Made by a program: the position numbers and the translations under genes. Source: Octopus vulgaris (taxonomy: Eukaryota). From it: a stretch of DNA of 64,000 nt. The DNA lies in the NCBI GenBank assembly GCA_951406725.2, contig OX597836.1, positions 8,742,001-8,806,000 of the forward strand. The letters are read 5' to 3'. The stretch's first letter is position 1, and every line of letters starts with the position of its first letter. The notes below the pieces were generated by a model that saw only the letters and a list, made by a program, of their open reading frames with translations, ran no database searches and had not been told where the DNA came from. Positions 29,968-45,490 of this stretch are shown here, piece after piece.

Positions 29968-30131
29968 TCGGTGTGTTTACGTCCCCGTAACTTAGAGGTT
30001 CGACAGGAGAGACCGATGGAATAAGCACCAGGTTTGCAAAGAATAAGTCCAGGGATCTATTTCTTTGACTAAAAGCAGTGCTCCAGCATGGTCACAGTCA
30101 ACTGAATGAAACAAGTAAAAGAATAAAAGAA
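29968..30131 (+). mobile_element. SINE group A, 3' half only
   Basis: ggtgtgtttacgtccccgtaacttag...gaaacaagtaaaagaataaaaga. Confidence 0.82.
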
Positions 30132-30136
30132 TATAC

Positions 30137-30188
<52 letters not shown>

Positions 30189-30203
30189 TTATTTATTTAT
30201 CTA

Positions 30204-30286
<83 letters not shown>

Positions 30287-30366
30287 AGAGACATAAATAG
30301 ACTGATAGATAGATAGACAGATAGATAGACAAACAGACAGATAAATAGATAGATACATGCATATAA

Positions 30367-30398
<32 letters not shown>

Positions 30399-30425
30399 AA
30401 TTTGCTTTATTTTTCATTTATATAG

Positions 30426-30479
<54 letters not shown>

Positions 30480-30729
30480 GTGTGTATATGCATGTACGTA
30501 TAAGTATATGTTTGTGTATACGCTGTCAGAAATCAAACATATCTTAGTAAATATGTCGGCAAATTCCTTTGCTTCTACGGAATCTTGATTTTTCTGTTTC
30601 AAATTTTTCGGTTTTTCCACATATTTTCTTTTGTTTTTTGTTTTATATGTTTGCCTAAGGCAACCTTTTGATAGACAGGTCAAACGACCTTGCTGCGCTC
30701 ACGGCACACACGTACCTACAGCTTCCTAT

Positions 30730-30823
<94 letters not shown>

Positions 30824-30870
30824 ATACGTACCTAATTAATTTCACTATAATATATACATATGTATTCATG

Positions 30871-30938
<68 letters not shown>

Positions 30939-31456
30939 TGTGTGAATGTGTGTGCATGTGTGTGCGTTTGTGTGTGTTTGTGTGTACAGACATTTAAACA
31001 CTCCAGATTTGTCACAGCAACTATGTACTGACATCTATGCCAAGAATGTGCAACCTTTCTTCTGTGTGTATATATATGTATATATGAATGTAAGTATGTA
31101 TGTATGTATGTATGTATGTATGTGTGTATGTGTGTATGTATGTATGTATGAATGTATGTATGTATGTATGTATGTATGTATGTGTGTATGTGTGTATGTA
31201 TGTATGTATGTATGTATGTATGTACGTAAGTATGTATGCGTGTATGTCTGTCTGTGTATGTATGTGTATGCGAGTATATATATGTATAATATATATTATA
31301 TATATATAATATATATGTATGTATGTAGACGTAATTCCACTTATACATACATACATATGTACATTGATAGATACACACACATACATGGATGTATCTTCAC
31401 ATTTCCCTATCTACCTCAAACCTCCCCTCTTTCTCCCGCTCTCTTATATATACATA

Positions 31457-31502
<46 letters not shown>

Positions 31503-32159
31503 AATATATATATGTCTATATGCATATATATAATATATATATATATATATATGTTATATGCATATATATAAGTATATATATATATATGTATGTATATATA
31601 TATATATATATATACGTATATGCATATATGTACTTTATACGCATATATATATATATGTGTATATATATATATATATATAATACATAGTGTATATGTATCT
31701 ATTCGTGTGTGTGTGTGTGTGTGGTGAGAGTGTTGTGTGTAATTAATTATCATCTTGTTCTTTCAGAGACATATGATGACACGACAAATTACCGTTCTCG
31801 TATTCATAATAGCGGGGTATAATATAAAATTTATGTGAAGTTTATTGCTTCTAACGTACGATTTGTTTCGCTCTCTGTTGGAGCTCTTCATAGCAATAAT
31901 TCATATAATAACGTAATGTAGTTACGAAAATCTTGTAGTAAAAACAGGATAAAAATCGTACAGCTTTAGAGAGAAGATCTTTTAAAGAGAGAAACATAGA
32001 GTTTATTGGTAGCTGCTCAAGATATAGCGCTAATTAGCAATACGATAGATAAACATATTTATTGCATTGCTTCTATGAAATACATCTCGCGTATGGAATT
32101 AGTCAGAGGGTGAGAAATAGCAACCATATTGTAGCAGATTGCAACATGTCCGTGTGAGC

Positions 32160-32338
<179 letters not shown>

Positions 32339-32344
32339 TCTTTT

Positions 32345-32537
32345 CTACTATTGGCACAAGCCTGAAATTTGGGTGGAGGGGGTTAATCGGCTATATCGAC
32401 CCCAGCCCTCAATTGGTACTACATTTTTCGACCCTGAAAGGATGAAAGGTGAAGTCGACTTGGGCGGAATTCGAACTCAGAACGAAAGAAATGCCGCAAA
32501 GCGTTTTGCCTTAACGATCCTGCTCGCTCGCCGCCTT
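32345..32537 (-). mobile_element. SINE group B
   Basis: ggcacaagcctgaaattt...gaaaggatgaaaggtgaagtcgac...ctcgccgcc. Confidence 0.82.
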
Positions 32538-32573
32538 AGAGACAGACAGACAGACAGATAGAGATAGATAGAT

Positions 32574-32631
<58 letters not shown>

Positions 32632-32766
32632 AAAGTATGCCATGTTGTTGGTTATGGAGTGAGATGGAGCAGAAATGATAGATATGCAATGAAAGGAGCG
32701 ATTTCAAAAGCCAATGTCAGCACACCGAACTCATTGTTAGACTGTCATTAGAGTGAAATAAATGAA

Positions 32767-32812
<46 letters not shown>

Positions 32813-32906
32813 GTAATGATAATGATGATGATGATGATGAAAAAAAGATAATAATAATAATGATGATGATGATGATGATGGAAAAAAGATAATAATGATA
32901 ATGATG

Positions 32907-32983
<77 letters not shown>

Positions 32984-33326
32984 TAACCCATGTAGAATTT
33001 ACAGAATTTTTTCTCGTTAATTCTTGTTGTTCATCTTCTTGTCATCGTTGGTGTTGTCATTTTTTTTGTTCCTTCTTTTCACTTCTTCTTCTTTTTGTTA
33101 ATTTTAGCACCCGGTCAAACGGCTCGTGCAGGAGGCTGATGATCAAAGGCTTTCCAGTCGTGGCTGTTGAGTTTTGTTTCGGATATATAGAACTCGAATG
33201 AGTTCTGCGACAGTTCTCTCTGCTTCTACGACAGAGGATTCTCTGCAGAAATAAACACTTCTTCGTCATAACTCCTACCTAAGCAGTCAAGAGAAACACG
33301 AACACCCAGCATACAATAATCTTGTC

Positions 33327-33359
<33 letters not shown>

Positions 33360-33820
33360 CAGTACTGGGAGAATAAGAAACGGAACGAAGCGAACGAATC
33401 GAATCGAACCCGACGCGAAGGCGCTGTCAGACAATAGTGTAATAAATAAAATATATGCATACATACAAACATATATGTACGTACCTACATCTACATGTAT
33501 ATATACATGCATATATAAATATATATACGTGAGTACAGGACACAACAACTAGACGTAGAACTCAACGAGAAACGAAAACGGAAAAACCATTTTTTTACAA
33601 CAGAAAAACAGAGTACAGGACATGCTACACAAGGAAAAATCCCCTATCATCAGCTGTCACTAGTTCGACTCCAGTGTGTTTCGAAGGCAAGACAGGACAC
33701 GACGCGCCAAACTAATCCTTCCTGCGAGAGAATTTAAATAAAATGACCTCGCAGAGGGGTAAAAACAAGCAAGAAAAAAATGTAACACAAACAGGACGTA
33801 AAAACGATACAAATAAAACT

Positions 33821-33894
<74 letters not shown>

Positions 33895-34134
33895 GGCGCA
33901 GGAATGGCTGTGTGGTAAGCAGGTTGCTTAGCAATCACACGAGTTCAGTCCCACTGTGTGGCAAGATAGATGGATAGATAGATAGATAGACAGACAGATA
34001 GAAGTGGATATCCACAAACACAGGCACACACATACGCCCAATAGCCATACATATATCGTAGACATCATGTTTATATGTGTGTGTGTGTCTGCATATATGT
34101 ATATATATATACACACACACACAACACACACACG

Positions 34135-34176
<42 letters not shown>

Positions 34177-34298
34177 TGCATATACACACACACATACATA
34201 TACATATACATATACATATATATAAACATATACACACATAATACACATATACACACACACATACATATATGTATATATATATATACATATATACACAC

Positions 34299-34332
<34 letters not shown>

Positions 34333-34432
34333 GCACATACATATATATATATATATACATACATATATATATATATATACACATACATACATACATATAT
34401 ATATATATATACATACATGCAAACACACACAG

Positions 34433-34466
<34 letters not shown>

Positions 34467-34471
34467 TTACA

Positions 34472-34506
<35 letters not shown>

Positions 34507-34682
34507 GAGAGTGAGTGAGTGAGAGAGCGGGGGCGGTGAGGTAGAGAGAGAGAGATAGAGAGAGGATAATAATTTATGTATTTATTTCGAAAGAGCTTAG
34601 ATATATGCTCTGCTCAAATTTTACACTGAATGCACTTGCATTTGTATGCACGCAGTGCAAACATATGTCGTATATATGTATT

Positions 34683-34714
<32 letters not shown>

Positions 34715-34921
34715 AGTGTGTGTGTGTGTCTTCATTAAATAAACACACCTGCACCCCCTAATATATACATAAACATGTGTGTATATATATATATATATAT
34801 GTATCCGTGTATGTATGTACATATGTACGTATTCATGTATGCGTTTCTACGTATGTATGTAGACATGTCTGTGTATGTACATTATATCATATATATATAT
34901 GTATATGTATATATGTATATA

Positions 34922-34969
<48 letters not shown>

Positions 34970-35663
34970 CATATATGTATATATGTATATATATATATGT
35001 GTATACATATATACATATATGTGTACAGTGTACTTAGAAAAAAATACACTCTCGGAGACATATACAAGCCGCCCCCGCATTGACTCCAACGCACAAATAA
35101 AATAAAGTCTTGACACAGCTCCTCCTGTTTTTTTAACGCAGAAAGCAGCAAAGATTCTAGCAGAGTCTTTTCGTCTTTGACACCCCTTTCCGTTTCTATT
35201 CAACCGGTTCACGTGTGCGTTTGCGCTCTTCTTGGAATATTCAGCGCTCAGTGTTCTTCCAATGGAACCTTGTTTGTTTGTTATTTTTTATTTTTTTTTA
35301 TTTTTTCGTTAGGTGATTCCTTTCGTCCGCTTATTCACTTCAGAGAAGTCTTTTAACGCTGAATTAATTGAACGGCGTGCTGCAGAAAAAAGGGTGGGAG
35401 TGGGGCAAAATTGGTAGCTTCTGATCCCTCGTTATTTTCTCCCTACCTGTTTGAATCCATTACATCGCAAGTATTGCATCATCATTTTGTACAGTTACAT
35501 CATCTTTGGGAATAGAAATTGGTCAGCAGAGTTGTTCTTCAAGTTGAGAGAGTTTGGAACATAATCAGGTGACAGGCACTTTTTATTTCAAGATGTTTTG
35601 CTTCAACTTCGACTCGACTGCTAATTGAGGTTCCTAATAAAATATCTGAATAATTTTTAGAGT

Positions 35664-35966
35664 ACATTATTTACATTATTTACATTTGACGGATATTTGT
35701 CCTCGTCTTGTTTGTTGTTAACATAACGTTTCGGCTGATATACCCTCCAGCCTTCATCAGGTGTCTTGGGGAAATTTTGATCCTGGGTTCTCATTCGAAA
35801 AATACATTAGGAATGAGAACCCAGGTTCGAAATTTCTCCAAGGCACCTGATGAAGGCTAGAGGGTACATCAGCCGAAACGTTGTGTTAACAACAAACAAG
35901 ATGAAGACAAATATCCATCTAATATAAATAATGTACATAATTCCTCATCTCTTAAATATAGAGCTG
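35664..35966. mobile_element. 303-bp hairpin insertion with two inverted hammerhead motifs (Penelope-like pLTR architecture), 13-bp TSD
   Basis: ~130-bp inverted arms; TSD taatttttagagt at 35651-35663 and 35967-35979. Confidence 0.85.
35843..35886 (+). ncRNA. Type I hammerhead ribozyme
   Basis: gcac-CTGATGA-a-ggct-agagggtacatc-agcc-GAAA-cg-TT-gtgt; a mirror copy lies on the minus strand at ~35720-35765. Confidence 0.8.
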
Positions 35967-36082
35967 TAATTTTTAGAGTTTAACTATCAAAATTCATTTC
36001 TCAGTTGGATCCAATATGAAATATTTTTCCACATTAATGTCTAATCTGATAATTTTCAATTTTCAAGAACACGGTGTCTAAA

Positions 36083-36418
36083 ATGGGGCAAAATGAGTAA
36101 TGGCTAATTCCGATGCTTTCTTCTGCAAAGTGCATGTACATATTAGTAAGAAATATACCCTCCAGCCTTCATCAGGTGTTTTGTGGAACTTTCGAACCTG
36201 AATCTTTAGATTTAGTCGTGTTTCGTTAATTGCATATCGTGTGCCATTTTTCCATGATCTTCTTTCGCTTGACCAAGATATGTTAAATTTTTGTTACATT
36301 TCTGATCTTTCTGATGTTTAAGGATCGATATCGATGAGTATGAGTCTGTTTTCAAATGTAATTCTGCAGAAATGAAGGGGTAAATTTACCTTAACTTGTC
36401 TTACTCATTTTGCCCCAT
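36083..36418. mobile_element. MITE-like element with 18-bp perfect inverted repeats
   Basis: atggggcaaaatgagtaa / ttactcattttgccccat; contains a third partial hammerhead-element copy at ~36153-36200. Confidence 0.65.
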
Positions 36419-37503
36419 CTACATTTGTCTTTCACATACCCAAAGAGAACGGAGATAATTTTCTGAAAATAGTGTTCTGAATATGTTATAGTATTTTTAA
36501 TACGTTTAGAGGTCATTTGCTCACCTGATATAGTTTTAGCAAGGTAGTGAACGTTTGTAAAATGTTTCTTCCCCACCCTAAAGTTTAAAAAAATGATGTA
36601 AATATTATTCATTGCGAACCACGCCCTATTTCCCTTAAACAAAACTGACACAGCATCCTAATGGTTTTGCAGCGGCTGGGATTTGCTTCGCATAAGGATT
36701 TTTTTTGATCAGTGGTAGAAATGGTCTTGCTGTACCCAATAGGGTAGCATTCCATTCCTTTGCTTTTTAATTCACGGTCGTGTGAAAAGGCTTATAGCAG
36801 CCAATTCTAATTTCCGTTTTTTCCCAAGTCCAGATTCATGTATCTTGTCTTAATGTATTTTAAAAGGAATGAGACAATAGGACGTGGCCCTTTCGGCGCT
36901 GACGCTTTGGCGCGGCTGACTGGGCGTTCGACCTACCTTAGCGATAGTATGCTCCGGCGCTGCGAACAACAATACACATAAGTGTACGCACACACATACA
37001 CACATACATATATATTCCCACACACACGGACGCGTGCGTACGCATGCATTCATACCAACAAATATTAACATTGAACCGAAAACAGAAAAAAAAAGAACGA
37101 AAGAAAGAAAGAAACAAAGAAAAAAGGGAAAGAAAGAAACAAAGAAGTCAAAATGAACATTACGAAAAACCATTTTTTTTCCAGTACGTGTTTAGAGACG
37201 TGACTAAATGTGGTTTCCATTTCAATTGAGACAGAAGAGGTTTACGTTATCTCCTCCAACCACCACCACCACCACCACCACCACCACTACTACTAATACT
37301 GCTACTATGGAAGTTTCCAATTAAAAAAACAAGTATTGATTTGTGTGAGCGAGAGAGAAGGGGGGAGAGGTGAGTTATGGATGGTAGAGGGGGAAGGAGG
37401 AGAGGGGAGAGTTTTAAAGGAGGGGAAGAGGAGGTGAAAGAAGGGGAGAGAACTAAGAACTAGTTTAATCAATTGTGACTATTGTTGCTCTGTGCGTGGT
37501 TGC

Positions 37504-37529
<26 letters not shown>

Positions 37530-37534
<5 letters not shown>

Positions 37535-37736
37535 ATCCAAACAAGAAAACACACAAAAAAAACACAGCAACGCGAGGACGTGGAACAAATAAAGTATTAT
37601 TGGACGCTCAGGAAAGAAGGGAAGAAGGAGGGTTTAACGTTTCGAGCGGAGCTCTTCGTCGGAAACAAAGGAGAAGGAAAGATCCAGAGAAGGGAAGACA
37701 GAGGAAAAAATATTGCTGGCGGTGCTCACGAGGTCA
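37530..37736 (-). mobile_element. Hammerhead-bearing element family H1 in (TA)n (motif 37632-37666)
   Basis: Minus strand reads gttt-CCGACGA-a-gagc-tcc-gctc-GAAA-cg-TT-aaac; both flanks are (TA)n. Confidence 0.8.
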
Positions 37737-37737
37737 C

Positions 37738-37775
<38 letters not shown>

Positions 37776-38109
37776 ATGTATATATATATACATAATTATA
37801 ATAATAAGGGTTTAGCAACAAGTTGCTTGACCACATACCGAAAATTTTAGAAATAGCAGCCAAAAGACTGCTATCTCTTTTTTGTGCGAAAAATATGTCT
37901 CCACAGATAACAATATTTGTAACTCACACATGGCAAAGAAGAAGAAACATAATGAAATCAAACAGTCTTCGATTAATTATGGACGCGTTTCTGGATCAGA
38001 ATCACAAGATTCATTTCCGATATCAACAATTTAAATTTCGATAATTATAAATCTGAAAATGCTAGGAAAAGTTACCCCTTACATTTCTGACCAAGCGCCA
38101 TCAGAACAT

Positions 38110-38177
<68 letters not shown>

Positions 38178-38208
38178 TAATAATAATAATAAGGAGGAGC
38201 TGTGTGAA

Positions 38209-38546
38209 GGCGCATGGCTGGCTCAGTGGTTAGAGCGTCGAGCTTACGATCGTGAGGTTGTGAGCTCGAATCCCGGACTGGGCTGCATGTTGTGTTCTTG
38301 AGCAAGTCACTTTATTTCACGTTGCTCCAGTTCACTCAGCTGTAGAAATGAGTTGCGACGTCACAGGTGCCAAGCTGTATCGACCTTTGTCTTTCCCTTG
38401 GATAACACTGGTAGCGTGGAGAGGGGAGGCTGGTATGCATGGGCGACTGCTGGTCTTCCATAAACAACCTTGCCCGGACTTGCGTCTAGGAGGGTAACTT
38501 TCTAGGTGCAATCCCATGGTCTGTGTCGTGATCGAAGGGGGTCTCC
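38209..38546 (+). mobile_element. tRNA-derived SINE, group C variant, inserted in (AAT)n
   Basis: tggctcagtggttagagc A box, agctcgaatccc B box, CORE-like cttgagcaagtcacttt. Confidence 0.85.
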
Positions 38547-38580
<34 letters not shown>

Positions 38581-38790
38581 AAGAAGAAGAAGAAGAAGAA
38601 GAAGAAGAAGAAGAAGAAGAAGAAGAAACCCGATGATTGCTTAACTGGCTAAAGCTTCGAAGTCACTGTGGTTTCTATTCTTGCTAACGAATAATAGATT
38701 TTTACTCTACCAAATGTATTGAGTAATCCTTGACTCCAATGTAAATTTTTTTTTTATCATAGTATAATATAAACAGCATGATATATGTAA

Positions 38791-38828
<38 letters not shown>

Positions 38829-38975
38829 CGAAAAAGCTTGAACAAGAATGGAGAAAATCATGTCTTTGATGATTGTACCGTACATTACGGAAGATCTCTC
38901 TTGTGCCAGCATATTTAGAAACAGGAATATTGTACGAAATACCAACCAAACCAATATGTCCGAAAATTCATTCTA

Positions 38976-39008
<33 letters not shown>

Positions 39009-39886
39009 CTATGGGTTTCACATGCTTTGATGAGTCGCAGAGAGAAGGGGTATTGCATCGTAAGGGCTTGGAAAGGGTCGTATTTTAGGAATAGTTTTTG
39101 TCCAAGACTTTATGACAATCTCGTAACGTCGTTTTTATATATCTTCGTTCTTTAGAATGCATTAAACAAACACTTTTATTTCCTCTACTTCTGTCCGTCC
39201 GTCCGTCTGTCAGTCCGGCTGTCACTCTTTCTCTGTCTGTCTTTCTTCCTCTCTTCCTCTTTCTCTCTTCTCTCTCTCTCTCTCTCTCTTTCATTCTCCT
39301 CCTTCTCTTCCTCTGTCTCATTACCGCCATATGGTTGTAATTCGCCTTCTCTGTAATAAGTGAGCGACAAAAAAGCGTGTGTGTATACGTGTATATATAC
39401 GTGTGTGTGTGTGTGTGTGTGTATGCATATATGTATGCATGTATATTCATGCATATATGTACACATATATACATATATATATAAGTAAGTATATATATAA
39501 GTACGTATATATATATATATATATATACACGTACATATATATATGAATATTTGCGCGTTCACATACATAAGTGTGTGTATGCATGTTTATGTATGTATAT
39601 ATATGGGTATGTCTGTGTGTGTATGTATCTGTGCATGTATATATATATATATGTATTTATATATATATATGCATATCTACATATATATGTGAGTGTATGT
39701 GTGCATATATACAAGTGTGTATATGTGTATGTATGCATGTACGTATATGTACGTACTTATATATATATATATGTATGTATGTATGTATGCATATATACAT
39801 ATATACATCACTACGTTTGTATGCACACACATACACACATACATACATATATATATATGTACGGCTGTCTGTATGTATGCGTGTTC

Positions 39887-39940
<54 letters not shown>

Positions 39941-40249
39941 GTGTCTGTGTGTGTGTGTGTGTTCAAGAGAGAAAATTACATTTTAGAATGAACCCCGAAA
40001 ACTTATTACAATTGCCACAAATGACACCATATGTGAGCCATCTGAAACTTTAGAATGCTTAGACCCTATTAAAAATCTTACCATCATTGGTCGTTTTCGT
40101 TCCGTTTTCTTCTCTTTTTCTTGTTTTTTTTTATTTTCATTTTGCTCTTTTATGTTATTTTGTATTTTATTTTATTTTATTTTATTTTATTTTATTTTTC
40201 TTCTTCTTCTTGTCATTACTGTTTCTGCCGTTGCTCTTATTTGTTGTTG

Positions 40250-40635
<386 letters not shown>

Positions 40636-40944
40636 TTTCCGATGGTGTCTGAAGCGGTTAGATGCGAATCGTTTTACTTTCGGTTTTTTCTTTGTGTTTT
40701 CGGTGTCATATATATTTTGCTTGTTTTCTGTTGGGAGTGGAGAGGGGTGGGGGGAGATGTGAACAATCTCTTGTAGCTGTTGTTGTTGTTGTTGCCATGG
40801 TTGTTGTTGTTGTTGTTGTTGTTGTTATTGTTGTTGTTGTTATTGTTGTTTTTTTATTTGTTTGTTTGTCTTTCCATTATTTGGTTGTTGTTTAACCCCG
40901 AGATTTTTACAAATATGGAATGTCTTGATGGAGATAATTGCTGG

Positions 40945-41232
40945 ATAGAGAGAAAAAGAAAGAGAAAGAAAGAGGGTGATGGAGAGAGAGAGAAGGGGAG
41001 AGAAGAGAGAGAAGGAGAGACAAAGAAGGGAGAGAGAGAAAGGGGAGAGAGAAAAAGAAAGAGGGTGATGTAGAGAGAGAAGAGAGAGAAGGGAAAAGAA
41101 GAGAGAGAGAATAGAAAGAAGGAGAGACAGAGAAGGGAGAGAGAAAAGGGAGAGAAGAGGAGAGAAGAAAGAGAGAATAGAGAGTAGGAGAAACAGAGAA
41201 GGGAGAGAGAGAAGGGAAAGAAGAGAGGAGAG

Positions 41233-41291
<59 letters not shown>

Positions 41292-41525
41292 GGGAGGGGA
41301 GCGGGAGAGAAGGAGAGAGAGAGACTGGTTAGATAAAGAAAAGAGTGAGAGACGGAACAGAGAATAACAGACACAGAGAAAGAAAGAGGAGAGAAAATGA
41401 GAGACAGGGCACAGAGAGAGGAGAGTCTTAGTAGGAGAGAGAAAGAAAGACAGAGGGACAGAACGAGAGAGAAGGAGGGAAGAAGGAGAGGGGTGGTGGA
41501 AAGAGGTAAAAAAAGGAGAGAACGA
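40945..41525. repeat. GA-rich polypurine tract
   Basis: Read directly from sequence. Confidence 0.9.
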
Positions 41526-41733
41526 GGGCTGGAGTGGTTCGTATGTTTCTCTGTTCCCATGTAGAATATCAAATGTATCATTTGATGAGTGTCAGCTTCC
41601 TGCATCACATCGCCATCATCTGACAACATCGGAGATGCTATAAATATGCCAGTCATCGCCGCCATTGCATCTTGCATCTTACACACACACTCTCTCTAAC
41701 ACACACATACATACGCACATAAGTACGCAATAC

Positions 41734-41775
<42 letters not shown>

Positions 41776-41812
41776 ATGTAAAGGGTACATAGGCAACAGA
41801 TGAAATCCAGAG

Positions 41813-42130
41813 ATTCTCACTATAAGAAAACCCTAATTAGCGCTCAAATTATTCAAACTCAGACACCGATGTCTTCACAGAGGATCAATTCCACAGAGTA
41901 AAGAATATAAGAAGGATCAAGGTGAACTGATATGGAAGCATTTATGCGGATAAACAGATTAGATATACTAAATACACTAATTTGTTTATCCGCATAGTTG
42001 ACTCCATATCGGCTCAACTTGATCCCTCTTTAGAGACATTCTTTACCCTGTGGAATTCATCCCCCGTAAAGACATCGGTGTCTGAGTTTGAATAATTTGA
42101 GCGCTACTAAGTGTCTTTTATACTGAGAAT
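41813..42130. mobile_element. ~320-bp foldback (hairpin) element
   Basis: tagcgctcaaattattcaaactcagacaccgatgtctt is perfectly inverted at ~42070-42107; pairing continues to a short loop near 41965-41976. Confidence 0.85.
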
Positions 42131-42454
42131 ATGTACGTATGTATGTATACGTGTATGTATCTGTGTATCTATGTAAATATATGTATGTATCTGTGTCTGT
42201 ATATATATATGCATGTATATTTTAATTAAATAATGGCTTCAAAACACCAATGATCCACTTCTCACTGTTATTTATTGCTCCGTTTCTTATCGTTTATATA
42301 TATATTAAACCACGGTTTTACCTTTTAAATTACCTACTACTGTTTACCTTATAACAAGGACCATACATACTGAGGTAATACCAAGAGTGCCTTTCGATAC
42401 ATCTATCCCTTAGATGGTTACATAACCTCTAACTTATATATATATTTATTCGCC

Positions 42455-42585
42455 ATCATAGATCGTTAGCCACTACACATTCTTTATTTTCTCTCCTTGT
42501 TTCTTTCTGTGTTCCTTTCTGTGGAAGAGCTTAGGCTCGAAACGTTAAAGACTTTTTCATTTCCCGAGCGTTATACTAATACATC
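42455..42585 (+). mobile_element. Hammerhead-bearing element family H2 (motif 42515-42550)
   Basis: cttt-CTGTGGA-a-gagc-ttag-gctc-GAAA-cg-TT-aaag. Confidence 0.7.
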
Positions 42586-42696
42586 TATATGTATGGATAT
42601 ATACGTGTGTGTGTGTGTGTGTGTGTGTGCGTGTGTGTGTGTGTGTGTGCGCGCGCGCGCGTGTGTGTGTGTGTGTGTGTGTTAAATCTCATATAT

Positions 42697-42900
42697 TTTA
42701 CTCATTTCAGTCATTAAACTGCAGCCATGCTGGGGCACCGCCTTCAAAAGTTTTAGTCGAACGAATCGACCCCAGTATAATATTTTTAAGCCTTGTATTT
42801 ATTCTATCAGATTCTTTCGCTGACTTGCTGAATTACGAGGACGAAAAAATACCAACACCGGATGTCAAGCGGTGGTGGGGAAGAAACAGAGGCACAAAGA
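42697..42900 (-). mobile_element. SINE group A, diverged 3' half
   Basis: ttttactcatttcagtcatt...gccatgctggggcaccgcc. Confidence 0.75.
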
Positions 42901-43383
42901 TACACATGCACACACACATTCATAACGCCACCCTTTGTTTTCTAACTCCTAATAATTTTGTTAAATTGCATTCAACAGCTGTTTCATTAAGATAAACGAA
43001 AAAAAAATTTTCAATGAGATAATTTGTAATGTTGATGTCTTTCCTAAGTTTTATCAGCAAAATACAAAATATATTCAGCTGTGGCTTGAAACCCCATCGC
43101 AGCTTCAGTTTACTTTCTACGGTATCCACCCCGCTACCCTATTGCGCACCACACCGCTGTCCAGCCCTCCTCCAAATTGCATACCCGATTATCTCTTCAT
43201 TAGTTCGTCATTTTAAAGTTTAACATTTATTATTAGATGGAGAATATTTGCCGCGATTTGTTTTGGTTATTAGTGGTGGTGGTCGTGGTGGGGACTGTAA
43301 TTGCTGTAATGGCGTTGTTGGTCGTCGTGGTTCTAATTGTGACACTTTTTGGTTTGTTTTTGGTATTTTCGTTGTTCATATTT

Positions 43384-44762
<1,379 letters not shown>

Positions 44763-45109
44763 TTTTCTTTCTCTCTTTATCTTTCTTCTTTCTCACGACA
44801 GTCTGCACCACACTGCCTTTCCATAAGTACTCCAGGACACCTTAACCCCTCCCCGGCAGATCACCGTACACCCCAAACACACATCGACACCCTCCTTCCC
44901 ATCTCTACAAGGCCACAGACACCCGTGACCCCCCCATGCATTTATTATTTCAATAGCCTCCGAAACAAACCATCTACGTCAAATAATGATCGTACGTTAT
45001 ACTAGTATAACATTACAATATGCTGCATGAATACACTACATGTTGCAAAATCGTCACACTGCATGGTAATACATCATGTTACATGGTTACACTACATTAT
45101 GTATACATA

Positions 45110-45490
45110 CTCTCTCTTTTACCTTTTTACTTGTTTCAGTCATTTGACTGCGGCCATGCTGGAGCACCGCTTTTAGTCGAGCAAATCGACCCCGGGACTT
45201 ATTCTTTGTAAGCCTAGTACTTATTCTATCGGTCTCTTTTGCCGAACCGCTAAGTTACAGGGACATAAACACACCAGCATTGGTTGTCAAGCATTCCTAG
45301 GGGGATAAACGCAGACACGCAAACATACACACACACATATATACATATATACGAAGGGCTTCTTTGAGTTTCCGCCTACCAAATCCACTCAAAAGACTTT
45401 TGCTGGTACAAGGCTATAGTAGAAGACACTTGCCCAAGATGCCACGCAGTGGTACTGAACCCGGAACCATTTGGTTGGTAAGCAAGCTGC
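45110..45490 (-). mobile_element. SINE group A, slightly 5'-truncated
   Basis: Reverse complement of 17874-18287. Confidence 0.9.

Noticed and set aside
33130-33165. ctgatga in ggaggctgatgatcaaagg
   Set aside because: No correctly placed GAAA or stems.
38209-38285. tRNA gene
   Set aside because: A and B boxes are present, but there is no closed acceptor stem and the sequence continues into a SINE body; the same holds for 1748 and 54803.
41545-41686. Non-repetitive N-terminus of ORF 40907-41686 (MQDAMAAMTGIF...)
   Set aside because: No recognisable homology or splice signals; the rest of the ORF is a GA/CT repeat.
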